From contig CAWBZI010000001.1 of the NCBI GenBank assembly GCA_963793265.1, positions 1,344,001-1,408,000 on the forward strand: a stretch of 64,000 nucleotides of DNA, read 5' to 3'. The notes below the pieces were generated by a model. That model saw only the letters and a program-made list of their open reading frames with translations, did not search any database and had not been told where the DNA came from. The DNA comes from an uncultured cyanobacterium (lineage in GTDB: Bacteria; Cyanobacteriota; Cyanobacteriia; Phormidesmidales; Phormidesmidaceae). Positions 58,371 through 64,000 of the stretch are shown in pieces (positions within the stretch are counted from its first letter, which is position 1; every line of letters starts with the position of its first letter). The position numbers were made by a program, and so were the translations under genes.

Positions 58371-59200
58371 ATCGCCTGCGGGCTTGTCATTTCACGCAGT
58401 TCAATTCGCTTCACGCTGGGCAACTGCCACCAGGGAACGTGCGGAAACGCATGGTGCTCACGATGATAGCCAAAGTGATAGCAGGTGATTAGGGAAACTA
58501 GCCAGGGCCAATAGTTGCTATTAGTCCGCAAGGATGACTGGTAGGTGTCGTGCTGCTTGCGGTGCACCAAGTAAGTGCCAAAGTAAAAGAGCTGCATAGA
58601 ACTGAGCAGCGATGGAATGGCCCAAAAAGCGAGCAAGTTTGCTTCAGGCACACCCATCACGCGATATAGGCCGTTGTAAATGACCGCAATGCCTAGCGAC
58701 TGGCGCAGCGTCCAATAGCTGCGCATAAAACGGAAGTACCACAGCACCGGATGGGTGTGCTTGCCGTTATGAAAGTCGGGGTCGTGATGGCTAGCGGGAA
58801 AGCGGTGATGCTCGGTGTGGGCCTCGTGGAGTTTGTCGTAAGGAATCAGGCCGTAGAGGAAAAGAGCTAGTTCACCTAATGCTCGGTTGAGCTTAGGACG
58901 ATTAGGGGCAATCGTTTCGTGCATGGCATCGTGGCCAGTGACAAAAAGACCCGTGTATAAAAAGGTGAACCATGGGATGAGGAGCCCGCAGCCAACCGGG
59001 CCAATTTCGCTAGCGCCAGTGGTAAATGCAGTTGAGAAGCTAACGGCCCAGACAAGCAAAATAGACAGCGCTACAATCACGCCGCCATTGGATTGACCAT
59101 CGGCGGGAAGGGGTAGTTGAATCTGTGTTTTGAGATAGGCCTTTAGTTTGTGAAAGTTGGGTTTATGGGTTGATAAGTAGGAAAAAGGCGCTCTGATCAA
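58262..59200 (-). CDS. crtW: beta-carotene ketolase
   Basis: His boxes 'TGLF.T.HDAMH', 'H..HH..P....DPDFH', 'QLF.FGT.L.H', 'TCYHFGYH.EHH..P.VPWW.LP'. The start is uncertain. Confidence 0.9.
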   Translation of the reverse strand: MIRAPFSYLSTHKPNFHKLKAYLKTQIQLPLPADGQSNGGVIVALSILLVWAVSFSTAFTTGASEIGPVGCGLLIPWFTFLYTGLFVTGHDAMHETIAPNRPKLNRALGELALFLYGLIPYDKLHEAHTEHHRFPASHHDPDFHNGKHTHPVLWYFRFMRSYWTLRQSLGIAVIYNGLYRVMGVPEANLLAFWAIPSLLSSMQLFYFGTYLVHRKQHDTYQSSLRTNSNYWPWLVSLITCYHFGYHREHHAFPHVPWWQLPSVKRIELREMTSPQAIYVTAVNARYASRSNAGTLTEIKRPLVQRDRTRLKT

Positions 59201-59339
59201 AACAGGTGGCTCAGGATATTAGCGAGGGTGTATTGGCGAGGGCGGGAAAAACCCACACACTATGAAATCACAAATCATAAAAATCTTGATGTGTTCTCAT
59301 CCCGTCTAGTCGCCTGGTTTATAGCGGCGGCTACAAACC

Positions 59340-61976
59340 TCACGATAAATTCAAAGGATCGACATCAATACTCAAGCTGGTGCCTTTTGGAATCTGCTTT
59401 TGCAGACCCGTAAGCACTGGTAACTGTGTTTGTAAGGGTAGCTTGATGAGGATGTGCCATCGGTAGCGGCGGGCCACTCGATAAATTGGCGCAGGTACAG
59501 GCCCGAGAATGTCGTAGGTGGTTTCTTCCAATTGATTTTCAAGGTGATCGCCCTCCTGACTCACCACTAGGTGATCGCGCACCTGCTGCGCCGTTTCTTC
59601 AGTCACCCGTTCATCGAGCCCGCTAATGCGCAAAAGCACCAGCCGCCCGTATGGCGGATAGGAAAGGGCTGCGCGATCGCCCATTTCCGTCTTCAAAAAA
59701 TCAGCATACGCCACCTGCGAATTCACAGGCACCTCTGGCAATGGATCCACATCCTTAGCCTTTTGCACAAGCGCCTGAATCGCTACATGCTCTGGGCTAT
59801 AGGTTTGCACAATCACCCGCCCCGGCTGCTCACCCCGTCCGGCTCGCCCTGCAACCTGCGTCATCGTCTGAAACGCTCGTTCACTCGCCCTAAAATCAGG
59901 CATAAACAGCAGCCCATCAGCCGCAATTACCCCCACCAACGTCACCTGCGGCAAATCAATCCCCTTCGTCAGCATTTGGGTGCCCACCAGTAAATCAGCC
60001 TCTCCTTGCGCAAAGCGAGTCAGCAGTGCCCGGTGTGCGCCCTTATTGCGTGTGGTGTCACTGTCGAATCGAATGCAGCGAGCCTGGGGCAAGTACTTTG
60101 CCAGGTCGTTGACCACGCGCTGGGTGCCGCTGCCGAAGTTTTTAAGGTAGGGCGAGGCGCACTCAGGACATTCTTTCGGATGGCGCTGGCCGTAGCCGCA
60201 ATAGTGACATTGCAGCCGGGCGGTGGCGTTTGGATGCGGCTGATGAAAAGACAGCGACACGTCACAGTGCGGGCACTCCATCACATAGCCACAGCTCCGA
60301 CAGGACACAAAGCTGCTGTGCCCCCGCCGATGAATAAATAAAATGCCCTGGTTGCCGGTTGCGATAAGTTCTTCGAGCGCTTTTTGTAAAGAGCGGCTAA
60401 AGACGGTGCGATTGCCTTCGTGCAGCTCAGTTCGCATATCGACGACTTCAATCGGCGGCAACGGGCGGGCGTGAACCCGCTGCGGGAGGGAAAGGTAGTG
60501 GCGATCGCACGCTAAATCTGCCTGCGGATTATCCGGCGTCCGCTCAGGCGTGATCGCTACATCGCCTTTAAACCTCACCCACGTCTCAATCGAAGGCGTA
60601 GCCGACCCTAATATCAGCGGACACGCTTCCAATTCAGCGCGCCACCGCGCCACCTGCCGGGCGTGATAGCAGGGCATCGGCTGATCTTGCTTAAAGCTGC
60701 TGTCGTGCTCTTCATCTAAAATAATCATGCCGAGGTTGGGCAGGGGCGCAAATACCGCCGAGCGAGTACCGATAATGACCTGCGGGCTGCCGGTGAGCAT
60801 TTGCCGCCAGGTGTCGTAGCGCTCGCCTTCTGAAAGGCCGCTGTGGTAGACACAAACCTTGTCACCAAAGCGACTGCGAAAGCGATCGGTGAGCTGCGGG
60901 GTCAGACCGATTTCGGGCACGAGGACTAGGGCAGACTTTTGGGCTTGAAGGATAGGGGCGATCGCCTGCAAATACACCTCGGTTTTACCCGAACCCGTGA
61001 CGCCGTGCAGCAGCCCCTCGCTATAGCCTTTCATTTGCTGAAGCACAGCTAGCGCCCGAGCCTGATCGTCAGTCAACGCTTTAGGCCGATCGGGCAGCGC
61101 CGAAGAATGACTGCTAGCGCGTAAGATTTCGCGCGGCTCAATCACTAAGTAGCCTTTATTAGCAATGCTTTTTAGCGTCTTACTGGTGGTGTGTAAAAGC
61201 TGAAGCGCATCGCTGAGCCACAGTTCGCCGCCCTGCTGAGCTAAGGCTGCTAGTAATTCGTGCTGGCGATGTGTGAGATTAGGATCGTCATCAGGCGGCT
61301 GCGCGATGAGTGAAACGGCCTGGCGCTTTTGTGCTTTGGGCGATCGCGGTGGTGATAGATAATTTTCAGCTAGGCCCCGGTTAACTAGCTCGCCGAGAGC
61401 TTTGCTAATTTCAGTCAGTTTGTACTGCGGCTTGAGCTGACGCCGAATGTGCTGCCAGCTATAGTCCTGTTCGGGTGAGTTTTTGAGAACTGTTGTTAGA
61501 TCTAGGGCTGAGGGAGAAAGGCTTTGATTTATATTTTGATCGATAGTTTGATGGGTAGACGGTGCGTCGTTTGACTTTTGTTGTATCTGCGAATTAGGAG
61601 AAAGTAATCTTACTCTTCTTTGCGATCGCGACAACAATCCCGGCGGCAGGGCCGTACGTAATACTCGAATAAGCGGCGTTTGATAGTAGCGAGCAACACG
61701 GTTTAAAAGTCGCCAGTAGTGTTTACTGAAAAAGCTTGTGTTGATCAAACTTTCTATTGTTTTGATAGAGGAGGGGACAACCCCCTCAGGGGGATGGGAT
61801 AGGGGTTTGATAGCGATCGCACCCACCCGCTGCGCCCCAAATGAGACGCTGACAATATCTCCTGGATGCACCTCGAAATGCTCTGGCACGCGGTAGGTGT
61901 ACAGATCTGTAGCGCCCGGACAGTCTACCAAAACTTCGATTAACGCATCGCGCGGGCGAGGTGAGACGAAACACAT
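59340..61976 (-). CDS. priA: primosomal protein N' helicase
   Basis: 'LLHGVTGSGKTEVY', 'ILDEEHD', 'GSATPS', four CxxC pairs, 'GTQM..KG.D.P.VTLV', 'QVAGRAGR'. Confidence 0.96.
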   Translation of the reverse strand: MCFVSPRPRDALIEVLVDCPGATDLYTYRVPEHFEVHPGDIVSVSFGAQRVGAIAIKPLSHPPEGVVPSSIKTIESLINTSFFSKHYWRLLNRVARYYQTPLIRVLRTALPPGLLSRSQRRVRLLSPNSQIQQKSNDAPSTHQTIDQNINQSLSPSALDLTTVLKNSPEQDYSWQHIRRQLKPQYKLTEISKALGELVNRGLAENYLSPPRSPKAQKRQAVSLIAQPPDDDPNLTHRQHELLAALAQQGGELWLSDALQLLHTTSKTLKSIANKGYLVIEPREILRASSHSSALPDRPKALTDDQARALAVLQQMKGYSEGLLHGVTGSGKTEVYLQAIAPILQAQKSALVLVPEIGLTPQLTDRFRSRFGDKVCVYHSGLSEGERYDTWRQMLTGSPQVIIGTRSAVFAPLPNLGMIILDEEHDSSFKQDQPMPCYHARQVARWRAELEACPLILGSATPSIETWVRFKGDVAITPERTPDNPQADLACDRHYLSLPQRVHARPLPPIEVVDMRTELHEGNRTVFSRSLQKALEELIATGNQGILFIHRRGHSSFVSCRSCGYVMECPHCDVSLSFHQPHPNATARLQCHYCGYGQRHPKECPECASPYLKNFGSGTQRVVNDLAKYLPQARCIRFDSDTTRNKGAHRALLTRFAQGEADLLVGTQMLTKGIDLPQVTLVGVIAADGLLFMPDFRASERAFQTMTQVAGRAGRGEQPGRVIVQTYSPEHVAIQALVQKAKDVDPLPEVPVNSQVAYADFLKTEMGDRAALSYPPYGRLVLLRISGLDERVTEETAQQVRDHLVVSQEGDHLENQLEETTYDILGPVPAPIYRVARRYRWHILIKLPLQTQLPVLTGLQKQIPKGTSLSIDVDPLNLS

Positions 61977-62244
61977 GAGAAAAAAGCTAGTGAAGAAAAC
62001 GAAACGTAACAATAAGAGTGAGAATGCTACAGAGATGCTGGCTTAAGTGCATTACAGAGTTTTAGAAAGGAAACGTAAGTTATCAGCCCGAACAGTTTCT
62101 TCATGAAGTGTTGTTATAGTAAGGTCGTAGTTTGGAAAAACACACTCTAGTTCCTTAGGCGTCATTCCAGAGCTTAGTAAGATTGAGCTTCGTAAGATTC
62201 CGATACCAGAATCCGATAGTCATGATGTGAACCTGATTCTAAAT

Positions 62245-63561
62245 ATGACAGCCCCCTACACTTCTAAAAACAGCAACCCTAAAATCAGTACAACGTCCTC
62301 TCCAAGCAGCGCAGTTGCCACAAAAGTGACCACTTCACCCGGCTGGGAAGATAGCTTTGATCTTTCTGAATCAGAAGCCTCTGTCGATTCTGCCTACAAA
62401 GGTCAGTTTGCTACAGCTACAGCCCTAGTAGAGGATGAAGTCGATAGTGAAAGCGGCCCTCAAACCGGATCCGAAGTGGTAAGTGATGCCCTTATAGATA
62501 GCTCAGACGACACCTCGGCTGAGGGTGATGTTCTCGATGGCCTAGACGAAAGCCAGTACTCAGCGCAATACTCCGAATCAGAAACGGCTTCCCCACGCTA
62601 TCGCAAATCATCTAATGATGACGCGGTGGGTGCCTTTTTTAAGGAAATGGCTCGCTACCCACTACTCAAACCTGACGAAGAAATTGAGCTAGCCAGGCAG
62701 GTACGCATCATCGTAGAGCTAGAAGAACGCTCCGAGGCGCTGCAAGAATCATTGCAGCGTCGCCCCAGCCTGACAGAGATAGCCGAGTCTTTTGACTGCA
62801 CCGAACAGCAGCTCAAGCGCCGCCTGCAAAAAGCGCGATCGGCCAAACGGCGCATGATCCGCTCCAACCTGCGCCTCGTTGTCTCTATTGCCAAGCGCTA
62901 CCTCAACCGGGGCGTTCCTTTCCTAGATCTTATTCAAGAAGGTGCACTCGGCCTCAACCGCGCTGCCGAAAAGTTTGATCCTGATAAAGGCTACAAGTTT
63001 TCCACCTATGCTTACTGGTGGATTCGCCAGGGCATTACGCGTACCATTGCAAACGATGCGCGCACCATTCGCCTGCCGATTCACATCGTTGAAAAGCTCA
63101 ATAAGCTCAAAAAGGCGCATCGCGAACTGCGTAAAGAGCTTCAGCGCACGCCGACTGAGGCCGAAGTAGCCGCAGCGCTAGATATGACGCCCGATCAGCT
63201 TCGGGTGCTTCAGCAGGTGCAGCGCAAGTCGCTTTCTTTAAACCATCGCGTCGGCAAAGGCGAAGACACCGAGCTGATGGAGCTGCTCGAAGATGGCAAG
63301 TCGCTATCGCCTGAGTCTAAAATTAGCGAGTCGATGATGCGTCAGGAGATTTCTGACGTGCTCACCGAGGTGCTCACCGAGCGCGAAAAGGACATTATTG
63401 CCTTACGCTATGGCTTGACCACAGGTGAGACGCATACGCTTGAAGAAGTGGGTCGGATTTTTCAGCTTTCGCGTGAGCGAGTGCGGCAGATTCAGACGAA
63501 GGCCATGCGCAAGCTGCGTCGGCCCCAGGTTGCCTCTCGATTGAAGAACTGGCTGAAGTAG
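62245..63561 (+). CDS. sigE: group 2 RNA polymerase sigma factor, SigE type
   Basis: 'VGAFFKEMARYPLL', 'NLRLVVSIAKRY', 'SLSLNHRVGKGEDTEL' and 'KAMRKLRRPQVA..LK.WL' match the Synechocystis SigE pattern as recalled. Confidence 0.85.
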   Translation: MTAPYTSKNSNPKISTTSSPSSAVATKVTTSPGWEDSFDLSESEASVDSAYKGQFATATALVEDEVDSESGPQTGSEVVSDALIDSSDDTSAEGDVLDGLDESQYSAQYSESETASPRYRKSSNDDAVGAFFKEMARYPLLKPDEEIELARQVRIIVELEERSEALQESLQRRPSLTEIAESFDCTEQQLKRRLQKARSAKRRMIRSNLRLVVSIAKRYLNRGVPFLDLIQEGALGLNRAAEKFDPDKGYKFSTYAYWWIRQGITRTIANDARTIRLPIHIVEKLNKLKKAHRELRKELQRTPTEAEVAAALDMTPDQLRVLQQVQRKSLSLNHRVGKGEDTELMELLEDGKSLSPESKISESMMRQEISDVLTEVLTEREKDIIALRYGLTTGETHTLEEVGRIFQLSRERVRQIQTKAMRKLRRPQVASRLKNWLK

Positions 63562-63607
63562 GAAACTTTCAGCTTCTAAATAGACTTTGAATCAGCAGGC
63601 AAGCCTT

Positions 63608-64000
63608 CTATCTAACTGAATGCTTGCCTGTTTTCGAGCGAAAGGTCACATTCACGCCCTCATTGGTCTGCTGCAACAGCAGTAGCGGTGTGGGCTTTGC
63701 TTTTTGATCCCACTGCATATTGGCAATGCGCCCCTGCAAAGTCGGCTGCCAAAAGGTTTCAGAGTCAGGCGGGTTCAAGAAGTTCTCAATACATTTGACC
63801 ACTTCGTCAACGGTTTTTGAAGTAGCCTGAGCAGGAACTTTAGTCAACTGAATTTGAATACGAAACAGCACGCGCTTGCGCTTCTTTGCATCGTTAGGCG
63901 AAATGTACTCCACGTCAAATAGCTGATCGATAGGTCGCGGCTTGCTGGCAATGCCTACGGTACCGCTGCTGGCCTGTGAAGGTCTGAGCGCTTCGCTAAT
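63608..64000 (-). CDS. hypothetical protein, 3' part only
   Basis: The frame of the 63608..63913 ORF has no stop up to position 64000 ('ISEALRPSQASSGTVGIASKPRPIDQLFDVEY...'). Confidence 0.55.
   Translation of the reverse strand: MSEALRPSQASSGTVGIASKPRPIDQLFDVEYISPNDAKKRKRVLFRIQIQLTKVPAQATSKTVDEVVKCIENFLNPPDSETFWQPTLQGRIANMQWDQKAKPTPLLLLQQTNEGVNVTFRSKTGKHSVR

Larger units (their letters stand above)
1744..61820. repeat. HIP1 octamer GCGATCGC, dispersed in dozens of copies
   Basis: Exact copies read at e.g. 1744, 10562, 12269, 19568, 37764, 41497, 53434, 56500 and 61813. Known cyanobacterial signature. Confidence 0.95.

Noticed and set aside
1..64000. tRNA, rRNA, integrase or prophage genes
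   Set aside because: No cloverleaf/T-loop signature, rRNA-like tract or phage/recombinase ORF was recognised by eye; a tRNAscan/Infernal run would confirm.

Overview
A 64-kb chromosomal window from a cyanobacterium. Evidence: psaD, chlM, crtW, a SigE-type group 2 sigma factor, an NtcA box and dense HIP1 (GCGATCGC) sites. Most of it is housekeeping (mutY-NUDIX, trpE, amt, purE, nagA, ychF, ispH, manC, iscS, priA). Accessory blocks: (i) a DUF6883/DUF4926-like pair after mutY; (ii) a ~6.3-kb probable defence island (12580-18843) in which toxin-antitoxin modules flank a three-gene operon encoding a winged-helix protein, a large P-loop ATPase (together RcaD/RcaG-like) and a DUF1802-restriction-endonuclease fusion, the best candidate for an undescribed system; (iii) a polysaccharide block with a protein resembling class II hyaluronan/chondroitin synthases facing a glycosyltransferase-like/alginate-lyase fusion; (iv) a CHAT-AAA_35 / AAA_35-TM-coiled-coil-TPR pair whose second gene is split by a 1-nt frameshift; (v) an Rpn nuclease with a probable internal antitoxin start, and a DUF433/DUF5615 pair. 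Across the window, base composition flips from G-rich to C-rich at many HIP1 sites, whichever strand is coding. No tRNA, rRNA, CRISPR array or IS was recognised. All family assignments are from motifs recognised by eye and from memory; no database search was run.
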